Position numbers and translations under genes: made by a program
Part shown: piece by piece, positions 50,922-60,180 of the stretch
Position numbering within the stretch: position 1 is the first letter of the stretch
Layout of the letters: each line of letters starts with the position of its first letter
NCBI GenBank assembly: GCA_024276955.1
Contig: JAJRWE010000033.1
Coordinates: 54-64,053, forward strand
DNA length: 64,000 nucleotides
DNA from: Gammaproteobacteria bacterium
Lineage (GTDB): Bacteria > Pseudomonadota > Gammaproteobacteria > SZUA-152
Direction: 5' to 3'
The notes under the pieces: generated by a model
What the model was told of the DNA's origin: nothing
Database searches by the model: none
Seen by the model: only the letters and a program-made list of their open reading frames with translations

Positions 50922-51920
50922 CTACTGCTGCACAATGATAGCCGCGTGAAACACCACATCGGGGGCGGTAGCGACGGCGACATCCTCCACCACCGCCAGT
51001 TCGATGCGGGTTTGCTTGGCCAGCCGCAGGCTGCCGCCCATGCTGAGCTGCAGGGAATCGGCGCCCAGCTGGGTCAGTTCGCTGTTCCGATAGATGGCGC
51101 CATTATAATCCAGCTGCACCTTCAGTGACAGACGCGGCAGCACCCAGGCACCGGCACCCAGGCTGCCAAACAGGACACGGCTGCGCTGCAGTTCGGGCAG
51201 TACATCGCCCTTGTTCATCAGCAGTATGCCCAGGCCTCCAAACACCGAGGCCGACGGCCCCAGTCCATAACCGCCATAGCCGCCATTCAGCCATAGAGCC
51301 AGATCCGTGCCACCGCTGCCACGCAGCTGCTCGCTGTCGCCGGTGGGAAGTTTCAGGCTCGTGCGCAGGGTGATGGCGGCGTTGTCATCCGCGCCTGGGC
51401 GCAGCAGCTGCCAGCCGCCGGTGAGGCGGACATCGCCCACACCCTCGCCTACCAGCGTCTGACTGACCAAGGTCTGGCCATCGCGCATATACTGGTAATT
51501 CAGCACATCATCGGGCACCGCAGTCCGCCCGCCCTGCGACAGGCCGAGGGCATCGTGCCAACCACGGATAAAGCTATCCAGCACGCCCCCGCTGTGCGAC
51601 ACATAGGGGATCTGTACCCCCCATTCGAAATTGCGTCCGCCGTGGCCGCTGAAGGCCAGGGTCAGACGCGTGGTCTCGCCATCGAGCACGATGGATTCCG
51701 CGCCCGACTGGCCGGCGCTGAAATTGCTGGCGAGATCCGCCTGCAACCGGTAGCGCTGCTCACCCGGGTCGAGAATGCGCGCCGCGCCGATGGCCGGCAG
51801 GCCGTAGAGCTGCACCAGCGGGCTCTGATTGAAGGTAAAGAATGGCGTTACCGGGCGCGCCTGTGCGACCAGTGGCAGCAACAGGATGACGCCGAGAACA
51901 ACGGAGCTAAATAATTTCAT
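50922..51920 (-). CDS. DUF3187-like outer-membrane protein
   Basis: 332 aa; signal peptide; Gly/Leu-rich beta-strand-like composition; FTFNQSPLVQLYGLP N-terminal block. Confidence 0.5.
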   Translation of the reverse strand: MKLFSSVVLGVILLLPLVAQARPVTPFFTFNQSPLVQLYGLPAIGAARILDPGEQRYRLQADLASNFSAGQSGAESIVLDGETTRLTLAFSGHGGRNFEWGVQIPYVSHSGGVLDSFIRGWHDALGLSQGGRTAVPDDVLNYQYMRDGQTLVSQTLVGEGVGDVRLTGGWQLLRPGADDNAAITLRTSLKLPTGDSEQLRGSGGTDLALWLNGGYGGYGLGPSASVFGGLGILLMNKGDVLPELQRSRVLFGSLGAGAWVLPRLSLKVQLDYNGAIYRNSELTQLGADSLQLSMGGSLRLAKQTRIELAVVEDVAVATAPDVVFHAAIIVQQ

Positions 51921-51959
51921 GCGTCTGTCACACCCCGTGGCCGGGAGAGTCTCCCGGGT

Positions 51960-53351
51960 TCAGTTTTCCTGCAACCACTGCCGCGCGCGGGCACAGGCCG
52001 CACGCACCTGCGCGGGCGCGGTGCCACCGATGTGGTCGCGTGCCGCCACCGAGCCGTCGAGGGTCAGCACGTCGAACACATCGGCATCGATATGATCGGA
52101 AAACAGCTGCAACTGTGCCAGCGTCATGTCGGCCAGGTCACAATCCTCTTTGACACCCAGGGCCACGGCCTTACCCACCACCTCGTGGGCGTCGCGGAAG
52201 GGCACGCCCTTACGCACCAGATAATCGGCCAGATCCGTGGCGGTGGAAAAACCACTGCGCGCCGCCGCGCGCATGTTGTCGCGCCTGGGCGTGATGGCAG
52301 GGATCATGTCAGCGAACACGCGCAGGGAAGCGCGCAGGGTATCGACGCTGTCGAACAGCGGTTCCTTGTCCTCCTGATTGTCTTTATTATAGGCCAGCGG
52401 CTGGCCCTTCATCAGGGTCAGCAGGGCGACCAGGTGGCCGTTGACGCGGCCGGTCTTGCCACGGATCAGCTCCGGTACGTCCGGGTTTTTCTTCTGCGGC
52501 ATGATGCTGGAGCCGGTGCAGAAGCTGTCGCCCAGCTCGATGAAGTTGAACTGCGCCGAGGCCCAGATCACCAGCTCTTCGGAGAAGCGCGACAGGTACA
52601 TCATCAACAGCGCGGCATCGGCGACGAATTCGATGGCGAAATCGCGATCGCTCACCGCATCCAGCGAGTTTTCGCACACGCCATCGAAGCCCAATAATTC
52701 AGCGCTGTATTCACGGTCGATGGGATAGGAGGTGCCGGCCAGGGCGGCGGCGCCCAGGGGCAACACGTTGAGACGCACAGCGCAGTCACACAGGCGGCCG
52801 TGGTCACGCTTGAGCATCTCGAACCAGGCCAGCAGATGATGACCGAAGGTCACTGGCTGGGCGGTCTGCAGATGGGTGAAACCGGGCATGATGGTGTCGG
52901 CCTCGGCTTCCGCCAGAACCACCAACGCAGCCTGCAGGCGCGTGAGCTCACTGATGATCGCCGCCAGCTCATCGCGCAGATAGAGACGAATATCCGTGGC
53001 CACCTGATCGTTGCGCGAGCGGCCGGTGTGCAGCTTCTTGCCCACATCACCGATACGCTCAATGAGGCGCGCCTCAATGTTCATGTGCACGTCTTCGCGG
53101 GCGATGGACCATTCAAACTCACCGGCCTCAATCTCGGCCTTGATGGCCTGCAGGCCGTCGATAATGGCATCGCGCTCGACCTCCGTGAGCACACCCACTT
53201 TAGCCAGCATGGTGGCATGGGCGATGGAGCCGGCAATATCGTGGGCGTAAAGGCGTTTGTCGAAGGTGACCGAGGCGGTGAAGGCCTCGACGAAGGCATC
53301 GGTGGGCTCGCTGAAGCGGCCGCCCCAAGGTTTTTCTACGTGGTTGCTCAT
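51960..53351 (-). CDS. argH: Argininosuccinate lyase ArgH
   Basis: 463 aa; fumarate-lyase signature [12 protein letters not shown]; near full-length conservation. Confidence 0.97.
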   Translation of the reverse strand: MSNHVEKPWGGRFSEPTDAFVEAFTASVTFDKRLYAHDIAGSIAHATMLAKVGVLTEVERDAIIDGLQAIKAEIEAGEFEWSIAREDVHMNIEARLIERIGDVGKKLHTGRSRNDQVATDIRLYLRDELAAIISELTRLQAALVVLAEAEADTIMPGFTHLQTAQPVTFGHHLLAWFEMLKRDHGRLCDCAVRLNVLPLGAAALAGTSYPIDREYSAELLGFDGVCENSLDAVSDRDFAIEFVADAALLMMYLSRFSEELVIWASAQFNFIELGDSFCTGSSIMPQKKNPDVPELIRGKTGRVNGHLVALLTLMKGQPLAYNKDNQEDKEPLFDSVDTLRASLRVFADMIPAITPRRDNMRAAARSGFSTATDLADYLVRKGVPFRDAHEVVGKAVALGVKEDCDLADMTLAQLQLFSDHIDADVFDVLTLDGSVAARDHIGGTAPAQVRAACARARQWLQEN

Positions 53352-53497
53352 GTTTTAAAACTCGCGAGTCAATAGGCTTGGGCGCCCCTGATCGATTCTG
53401 GCTGAACAGAAATGAGATTGACCAGAGACCTCCCTTTATCAAGAATCCGCGCAGTATAGCCGATATTGACCCCGATCCGCGCTAAACTCAGCCCACC

Positions 53498-54592
53498 ATG
53501 AGCCGTCAAGCCCCGCCAAAAAGCACCAACGACAACTTCTTTCTGCCGGACTTCTGTTCCGTGCGCATGGTCTTCGCCGTGGTGGTCATCAGCGAGCTGC
53601 TGGCTATCGTCCTGACCCTGGCGCCGATGGAGAGCCGCAGTGGCCGCTGGGGTGATCTCAGCATCACCTCCCTGTTCATTCAATGGGTCGGCCTGAGCAG
53701 CGCCGCCGTGCTGTGCATCAGCCGCCCCCGACTGAGCCGTATGAATGAAACGCGGGCCGCCGTTACCAGCTATTTACTGTTACTCGTCACCACCCTGGTA
53801 ATCACCGAACTGGCCTGGTGGATCGGCCAGGAGATGCCCCATGCCGGCATCGGCAGCCAATGGAGCGCTGGCGGACGGCACACCGATCTGCTGCTGCGCA
53901 ATCTCGGCATCAGCGCCATCGTCAGCGCCCTGGTACTGCGCTACTTTTATGTTCAACAGCAGTGGAAGCAGAACATGCGCGCCGAGGCCGAGGCGCGCCT
54001 GCAGGCCCTGCAATCACGCATTCGTCCGCACTTCCTGTTCAACAGCCTCAATACCATCGCCAGCCTCACCCAGATCAACCCGCAGCAGGCCGAGGAGGCG
54101 GTGGAAAATCTTGCCGACCTGTTCCGCAACAGCATGGCCGACGCCAGCCACCAGATCACCCTCCGCGAAGAGCTGGCCCTTTCCCACCGCTATCTGGATA
54201 TCGAGACACTGCGTCTCGGTGATCGCCTGCAACTGCGCTGGTGCATCGACGAACTGCCGGGCGATGCCCTGGTGCCACGTCTCATCATTCAGCCACTGCT
54301 GGAAAACGCCATTTACCACGGCATCGAAACCATGGGCGCGGGCGGCATCATTGGCATAGACGGCCACCGGTATGACCGGGAAATCTACATCAGCATCAGC
54401 AATCCCCTACCCGCACAGCAGGACGCCAGACAACACCAGGGAAACCGCATTGCGGTGGAAAATATCCGCCAGCGTCTGGCCGCCATCTATGGCGAACAGG
54501 GAAGACTCACCACCCAGGCCGACGCCGACAGCTACATCACCACGATTACCCTCCCTTACACAACACTCGCTGATGTGGAGCCGAAGAAATGA
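53498..54592 (+). CDS. algZ: LytS/YehU-family sensor histidine kinase (AlgZ/FimS-like)
   Basis: 364 aa; 4+ TM helices then His_kinase domain (RIRPHFLFNSLNTIASL) and HATPase_c (IIQPLLENAIYHGIE). Confidence 0.8.
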   Translation: MSRQAPPKSTNDNFFLPDFCSVRMVFAVVVISELLAIVLTLAPMESRSGRWGDLSITSLFIQWVGLSSAAVLCISRPRLSRMNETRAAVTSYLLLLVTTLVITELAWWIGQEMPHAGIGSQWSAGGRHTDLLLRNLGISAIVSALVLRYFYVQQQWKQNMRAEAEARLQALQSRIRPHFLFNSLNTIASLTQINPQQAEEAVENLADLFRNSMADASHQITLREELALSHRYLDIETLRLGDRLQLRWCIDELPGDALVPRLIIQPLLENAIYHGIETMGAGGIIGIDGHRYDREIYISISNPLPAQQDARQHQGNRIAVENIRQRLAAIYGEQGRLTTQADADSYITTITLPYTTLADVEPKK

Positions 54593-55341
54593 AAGCGCTG
54601 ATCGTCGATGATGAACCCCTGGCCCGCACCCGCCTGGCACGCCTGCTGGATGATATTGACGGCATCGAAACCGCCGGTGAAGCCAGCACCGGACGCGAAG
54701 CGATTCAGCTGACCGACGCATTGAATCCGGATATTGTCCTGCTCGATATCCGCATGCCGGAAATGGACGGACTCGAGGCCGCCATGCACCTGTCACAACT
54801 GGACAGCCCGCCGGCGATCATTTTCACCACCGCCTACAATGAACACGCCCTGGCCGCCTTCGAGGCCAACGCCGTGGACTACCTGCTGAAACCCATTCGC
54901 CGCGAACGCCTGGCCGATGCCCTGGCCCGGGCACGGCGCATCAACCGCGCCCAGCTGCTTGACATCAACCAGCAGGAAGGCAGCGAAGAGAGTGCGCATG
55001 CGCGCACCCACATCAGCGCCAATATCGGCGGCAACTTGCAGTTAGTTTCCATTGAGGACGTGATTTATTTTCAAGCGGAACAAAAATACGTCACGGTGCG
55101 GCATCTCGGCGGGCAGCTGCTGATCGACGACCCGCTGAAATCACTGGAGGCGGAATTCAGTGACCGATTCCTGCGTGTGCACCGCAATTCCCTGGTCGCC
55201 ATGCAGTCCGTGCAGGGGCTTGAACGTATCCCCGGCGGACGCTACGAAATCTATTTCCGCACTATCGATGATCGGCTGGAAGTCAGTCGCCGGCTGGCAA
55301 CAGCGGTGCGCAGGCGGCTAAAGGGGGTGGGTCAGGTTTAA
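54589..55341 (+). CDS. algR: LytTR-family response regulator AlgR
   Basis: 250 aa; REC domain (LIVDDEPLAR...DIVLLDIRMP) plus LytTR DNA-binding domain; overlaps the algZ stop; argH-algZ-algR synteny as in pseudomonads. Confidence 0.85.
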   Translation: MKALIVDDEPLARTRLARLLDDIDGIETAGEASTGREAIQLTDALNPDIVLLDIRMPEMDGLEAAMHLSQLDSPPAIIFTTAYNEHALAAFEANAVDYLLKPIRRERLADALARARRINRAQLLDINQQEGSEESAHARTHISANIGGNLQLVSIEDVIYFQAEQKYVTVRHLGGQLLIDDPLKSLEAEFSDRFLRVHRNSLVAMQSVQGLERIPGGRYEIYFRTIDDRLEVSRRLATAVRRRLKGVGQV

Positions 55342-55407
55342 GCAACCATCCCGGCTTTTCAGGTGGCGCCGCAGAACCGTGTTACACACCAAAACAGCCT
55401 GCCTAAA

Positions 55408-56904
55408 TCACTGGTGATTTTTCCGGGTACCATAGAGTTTGATCTGCCATTTGATGAACGTACCGCTACCGCCCTCGGCCCTATCGACAGCCTTCAGCTG
55501 CCATTCCCCCCGGGACCGCTCGCCCAAATGCCGCATTGTTCCAAATCGCCAGTTATTGTACTGAAATACACCAAACATCTCGTTGTGCTGTTCGGCCAGA
55601 ACGCTTTCCGTTCCCTCGGGTGACGTCAGCACAATGTCCAGATCTCCCAGATTCGGGTGATCACTGGCATCGAAGAAAATATCGACAAATTCTATGTAAA
55701 GATCTCCGTCTACAAAGATTTCACTTTGCACGCCATCATTCTTACCATCTGGAATCGGCTCGCCAACATTCTGCTGATACTCAAGCATCTTTTCGTCACC
55801 CACACCCGCCCATTCTGCCGCAAATTGTACTGCCCTGTCTGCATCCACCAAACCGAATCCATATTGGTGATTGACAAGATAACCGGCGCCGTTCTCAATC
55901 CAATCCACATCGGAGGCATCATTCCGCCTGGCGCTCCTGGCGAGGATAATCCGCACATCCCGCCATGAGAGCCGCGGATTGGCTTCCAGCATCAAGGCCA
56001 CAACACCCGATACCATCGGTGCGGCTGCGGATGTACCACCGAAGTTGCCCGTGTAGCCTTGGTTTTCAAAGTCATCAGGAAACAGTGTGGGGTTATACCC
56101 ATCCTCCCCGGTAACATCGGTGGTCGTGATACCCAACCCTTCCGCACGCCCTTTCGAGGGTACACAGACAATCAGTGTCGCGCCCTTTTCAGAGTAAACC
56201 GCCTTTTTTCCATATTCATCGATGGCGCAGACAGGGATGGTGTAACGGTTGTTGACCAAACCGCTGTAATTGACGTTATCGATCGGCAGGTCATTGACGA
56301 CGCCATCACCGTTACCCGCGGCAAAAACATAGACAATACCCCGGCCGTTTCTGCCGTCAGTGACGCCATCGATCAACGCATCCCGTATCAGACTTTTCAG
56401 CGCCAGAGGCTCACCCCAGCTATTGATATCCCCCCAACTGTTATTAGAGATCCATACATGCTCTTTCTCTCTCACCAGGGCATCCGCCAGATTACTGACC
56501 GTTGCCAATCTCAAGGCATTGAAACCGATAATCCTGGCTTGCGGAGCAATGCCTTTGATTCCTTTTCCATTGCCTTCAACAGCGGCAATGATGCCAGCAG
56601 TCGCCGTACCATGGTCGGCCGCCTGCGAAAAACCATATTCCTCGGGCAGGTAGCTGTAACTCCCCTTGCCGATATTCGCTTGCAGGTCTTCATGAAAAAC
56701 GTCAATGCCATTGTCCACTGTAGCAACCAGCACACCCCGGCCTTTGTACCACGGTTGATTCAGATTGATATGCACAACGTCTGCATCACGAGCGCTGCCG
56801 GAAAGATACCACTGCTCGGCCGCGAGGGGATCGATCTCATAATCACTACCGCCGCAACTGACAAGAAAAACTAAACAGGCAGGAAGCAGGCTCAGGCGGC
56901 TCAT
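55408..56904 (-). CDS. Kexin-like S8 serine peptidase with C-terminal P-domain, lipoprotein, lacking an N-terminal prodomain
   Basis: 498 aa; lipobox LVSCGGS; catalytic triad motifs VATVDNGID (Asp), DHGTATAGIIAA (His), GTSAAAPMVSGV (Ser). C-terminal P-domain pattern HPNLGDLDIVLTSPEGTESVL...GEWQLKAVD...GTFIKWQIKLYG. The catalytic domain begins ~30 aa after the signal. Confidence 0.88.
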   Translation of the reverse strand: MSRLSLLPACLVFLVSCGGSDYEIDPLAAEQWYLSGSARDADVVHINLNQPWYKGRGVLVATVDNGIDVFHEDLQANIGKGSYSYLPEEYGFSQAADHGTATAGIIAAVEGNGKGIKGIAPQARIIGFNALRLATVSNLADALVREKEHVWISNNSWGDINSWGEPLALKSLIRDALIDGVTDGRNGRGIVYVFAAGNGDGVVNDLPIDNVNYSGLVNNRYTIPVCAIDEYGKKAVYSEKGATLIVCVPSKGRAEGLGITTTDVTGEDGYNPTLFPDDFENQGYTGNFGGTSAAAPMVSGVVALMLEANPRLSWRDVRIILARSARRNDASDVDWIENGAGYLVNHQYGFGLVDADRAVQFAAEWAGVGDEKMLEYQQNVGEPIPDGKNDGVQSEIFVDGDLYIEFVDIFFDASDHPNLGDLDIVLTSPEGTESVLAEQHNEMFGVFQYNNWRFGTMRHLGERSRGEWQLKAVDRAEGGSGTFIKWQIKLYGTRKNHQ

Positions 56905-57302
56905 TTTCTCAGGGTCAACCAGTACGGATAAGCAAACCGCACCTTGTCATCGAGATAAATCCGGTTGGCGATATCCAGAGAGGACTCCCTGTCGACGGTG
57001 CTGAAAAGATAATACCCGGAACCGATGCGAAGCCTTTTTAGCAGTGTTACGGCGTACCTTGCCTGAAAGTTCGCAAGGCTATCCGTACCTGGGGCATCGG
57101 AAAACTTGACGATGATATTGCCGGTCAGCCGGCGTTTGGGGGCATGTGATGAACCGCCAAAGCGATAGACATAGACGTCCAAAGTGGCATCGTAGCTACG
57201 CTCATGGATAAGCACTCTTCGGTCATCGTCATACCAGTACAAATCTCCACCCAGCACATTGAACGACAACAGGCTCAGAAGAAGAGGAAAAAGAAATCTC
57301 AT
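56901..57302 (-). CDS. Small secreted protein, possible trans-acting S8 prodomain/I9-like chaperone
   Basis: Start MRFLFPLLLSLLSFNVLGG (signal peptide). Mature ~110 aa shows prodomain-like pattern NIIVKF...YYLF...KVRFAYPYWLTLRK. ATGA overlaps with both neighbours. Confidence 0.35.
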   Translation of the reverse strand: MRFLFPLLLSLLSFNVLGGDLYWYDDDRRVLIHERSYDATLDVYVYRFGGSSHAPKRRLTGNIIVKFSDAPGTDSLANFQARYAVTLLKRLRIGSGYYLFSTVDRESSLDIANRIYLDDKVRFAYPYWLTLRK

Positions 57303-58558
57303 TGCCCCAGCCATTTCGGCATGGTGGAAACAAAATTGTAGCGGGTGGAAATTCGCGTGTCTGACCAATCACGGTCAATGGTTAGCGGCTTGCTGATGCG
57401 GGAGAAATCCCGGGAAACCACATAGACCCTGGCCAGGCTCCCGTCGCGGCTCTGCAACGTGAAGACCAGCCCATCCCCGATGGCATTGATACGTTCGAAT
57501 CGGTCACTGTATTCAAACGGGAATTCCTGCCAGGTATCCTTCTCCGAATCGTAACGAATCGCCCGCTGATCGCGGGTGAGAATGTAGATCGCCTCGTCCA
57601 CCGCAAAATAATGGTAGACACCCCCGTCGATCTTTTTCAGCCTGGTGTACGTCCACTCACCGCTTTTAGGATCCTCTTCGAAACGGTACAAGGTATCGCG
57701 CTCCATGCCGCGGTAATAGGCCTGAAATCGCGCCTCCACGGGATCATCGGGTATGGGTTGAGGCTGCTCAAGAAGATGTTCGTGGCCTTTTATGGCGGCT
57801 AGATAGCGCTCGGTTGCCGACCATAGCAGATAATACCGGTCACCATTACCGCGCACGTGAATGTCATTGAGACTGCCGGCCACCTTGCTCACCCGGGTAC
57901 GCCGGCCAGCATTCAAATCTAGCCGGTACAGCCCGGTATCGGGCGTTACAGTCTCTGGCGCCAGCAGTATATCGCCATAGATTCCTGCGCTGTCTCCTAG
58001 GGCCGCACCAAAACGATAAGAACGCTCCGGCCTGAAGCTTCGGTCATCCATACGAGAAAATGGAATATAGTGAGTATAAAGAAACACTTCTTTACCATCT
58101 TCACGGTACGAATGGCCGCGCTCTTTGTCTCGTATTAAAAAGGGTGAATCACCCAGAGACGCGTCCGGCGACTCTGCATGCAGGCGATTTGTCCCCACCA
58201 GAATGCCGTCCCGGTATGAAACAAACCTTACAGGCCCGTCAGAAAACCCGATCTGCTCAGCCTTTCCGTCCCGGTGAATAATCTCAAATCCCGCGTCCTC
58301 CTTTGCCGGGCCACGAAACTGGTAAGACGACAAGACAATATCCCGCTCACAGAGATAACTGCTCTGAAACCTCTGTTCCCCTTCATAGTGCTGAACCAGA
58401 CGAATTGCATTCGACGTTTTTTCGTAGGCCAGAAGATCAAACTGATTGCTCCCTGACACAACGAAGGTATTGTCGCAGTCAGTCACCACCGCCGTTTCAA
58501 CATCAGGCCTGCAGCCCAGCAATACGACGATCGTGATCAGAAACAGAAATATTGGCAT
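57299..58558 (-). CDS. Hypothetical lipoprotein
   Basis: 419 aa; lipobox LLGCRP; no recognisable catalytic motifs; beta-rich composition. Confidence 0.45.
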   Translation of the reverse strand: MPIFLFLITIVVLLGCRPDVETAVVTDCDNTFVVSGSNQFDLLAYEKTSNAIRLVQHYEGEQRFQSSYLCERDIVLSSYQFRGPAKEDAGFEIIHRDGKAEQIGFSDGPVRFVSYRDGILVGTNRLHAESPDASLGDSPFLIRDKERGHSYREDGKEVFLYTHYIPFSRMDDRSFRPERSYRFGAALGDSAGIYGDILLAPETVTPDTGLYRLDLNAGRRTRVSKVAGSLNDIHVRGNGDRYYLLWSATERYLAAIKGHEHLLEQPQPIPDDPVEARFQAYYRGMERDTLYRFEEDPKSGEWTYTRLKKIDGGVYHYFAVDEAIYILTRDQRAIRYDSEKDTWQEFPFEYSDRFERINAIGDGLVFTLQSRDGSLARVYVVSRDFSRISKPLTIDRDWSDTRISTRYNFVSTMPKWLGQ

Positions 58559-59871
58559 GTCCCAACCTTCTTTTTCTTCGACTCAGCCATCTTTACAACA
58601 AGGGTGTGATTCAAAATGTCATTAGGAAAAACGACCCAGCCACCATTGCTATCCAGATCGATATCCCTCCATTCGGGGCGCGACGATCCCGGCCGGGCAG
58701 TTTGCCTGTAGGCTTGCCAGACGAGTTGCGAGCAATAGGTTCTGTCATCGGCGTTCTTGTTGAAAAAGTTCCAGTTATAAGGCTTGTTAACTTGGCCCAT
58801 TGCCCAATTGACAATAGCGAACATGCGCTGCGTAACGTAGTTATAATAGTTTTTTCCACTCTGCGAGCAGTCCTTGTAATCGCAGGGCGGTGTAAAGTTT
58901 GGCCATCCGATGGAATGGGCGTAAGTATACCGCCTGACAGTATCGTACTTCTTTTGCCATGCATCCATTAGGAGAGCGCCTTGATGCAGGTTAACCCCTC
59001 CAGTATTGGCGTCCACGATCGACAACCATGCACCACCTGGCCTACTCCAAGACCAGGGCAGCGCCCCTCTCGCTATCTCGCCTTCCGTATTATTGAAGTG
59101 GGTTACAATTCCCATGTGGCCAAAACCAGCTCCTCCATCGCTCCAGATGATATCGCCAGGACGCCAGGCCCAGTCGGAAATATCCGATTCATGCTTGTAC
59201 TCGGGTTTCTCGTCTTTCTTCTTGTCCTTACCCCCGCCGCCCTTCATCGACGAGCTGTAGATAATGTACTTTGGGGCTCGGCCGGGCAACTCGTAGGGCA
59301 GGTTGTATTTTTCCACCAGTTTTTCCTGAGCCTTGAGGAAAACTGCATCATCTTTCGCCGTTTCCACTTCCAATGCCTTCAAGCGCGCAATCTCCTCCTC
59401 GGCCGACACTCCGAGGTCGAAGTAACGCACGGCGTCGGGAAGAGAATCCATATCGACCGCTGGAGGCCTGGCGCTCATCGCCTCATAGTCGCCGCTGTAC
59501 CAGGTCTCGCTCATCTGGGAAATCATGGCGCCAAACTGCCCGCTGACCTGCAACAACAGCATCCCGCTGCGGAACTCTGCAATGCTCCCCTCCACATCTT
59601 CACCTTTGGCGTACTGCAAAGCAAAGCCGTTGGCCACCAACTTGATCTCATTGATGACGGTGGCCTTGAACTCTTCCGGAAAGCCATATTCGCCGAAATA
59701 TTCGTCATAAAGCCAATCGGCATTCATGAAATTCTGGATTTCGACAGAGGCCGTCTCGGGTGAGGCGTATTCGACTTGAGGTTGATCGGGTGATGCGGCG
59801 TGATCTCCCTCGCTACATCCCGCCATAAAAAAAGCACTCAGAACAACATAGACAATAACCCTTTTCATCAT
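58537..59871 (-). CDS. Lipoprotein with C-terminal permuted papain-like (YiiX/C92-like) hydrolase domain
   Basis: 444 aa; lipobox FMAGCSEG; C-terminal RPGDIIWSDGGAGFGHMGIV (His first)...YNWNF...DDRTYCSQLVWQAY (Cys last), the order typical of permuted NlpC/P60-like YaeF/YiiX amidases; lysine-rich linker GGGGKDKKKDEKPEYK. Confidence 0.5.
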   Translation of the reverse strand: MMKRVIVYVVLSAFFMAGCSEGDHAASPDQPQVEYASPETASVEIQNFMNADWLYDEYFGEYGFPEEFKATVINEIKLVANGFALQYAKGEDVEGSIAEFRSGMLLLQVSGQFGAMISQMSETWYSGDYEAMSARPPAVDMDSLPDAVRYFDLGVSAEEEIARLKALEVETAKDDAVFLKAQEKLVEKYNLPYELPGRAPKYIIYSSSMKGGGGKDKKKDEKPEYKHESDISDWAWRPGDIIWSDGGAGFGHMGIVTHFNNTEGEIARGALPWSWSRPGGAWLSIVDANTGGVNLHQGALLMDAWQKKYDTVRRYTYAHSIGWPNFTPPCDYKDCSQSGKNYYNYVTQRMFAIVNWAMGQVNKPYNWNFFNKNADDRTYCSQLVWQAYRQTARPGSSRPEWRDIDLDSNGGWVVFPNDILNHTLVVKMAESKKKKVGTCQYFCF

Positions 59872-59920
59872 TCTCTCCCAGAGCTTCCTATCACTGAATT
59901 TTATGTCCGTATAAACCCTA

Positions 59921-59931
59921 CCCCCCCCCCA
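59921..59931. promoter_or_regulatory. Homopolymeric C(11) tract (G11 on the coding strand) in the putative promoter spacer of the four-gene operon
   Basis: Minus strand reads TTGACA-taatttcct-GGGGGGGGGGG-TAGGGTttat...(~40 nt)...GGGAGAGAATGATG. The tract lies between the -35-like and -10-like hexamers. Confidence 0.6.
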
Positions 59932-60048
59932 GGAAATTATGTCAAGTGCGAAATTACCACCCCGGCAATCCAGCCGGCCATTTTTGCGACCGACATGCCG
60001 TAACCGACAGGGAATCGAAAGTCTTGACAGAATAGTCAGTGCAGGGGC

Positions 60049-60120
60049 TGGAGCGCACCCCCGGCGGACGCTACGAAATCTATTTCCGCACTATCGATGG
60101 TCGGCTGAAGGGGATAGGCG
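60049..60120 (+). repeat. Imperfect direct repeat (~73 bp) of the algR 3' coding end (55210-55282)
   Basis: gtgcaggggctggagcgcacccccggcggacgctacgaaatctatttccgcactatcgatggtcggctgaag vs algR gtgcaggggcttgaacgtatccccggcggacgctacgaaatctatttccgcactatcgatgatcggctggaag. The reading frame is preserved (VQGLERTPGGRYEIYFRTIDGRLK...). Confidence 0.9.
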
Positions 60121-60180
60121 GCTAGTCGACCACGAAGGTCGCGAAGAAGTGGTTCGAAATATCACGAAAAAAGACATCAA

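Noticed and set aside
51925-51955. ccggga-gagtc-tcccgg hairpin followed by a T-rich run between DUF3187 and argH
   Set aside because: Both flanking genes are on the minus strand and the T-run is on the plus strand, so it does not fit a terminator for either gene. Possibly a bidirectional or fortuitous structure.
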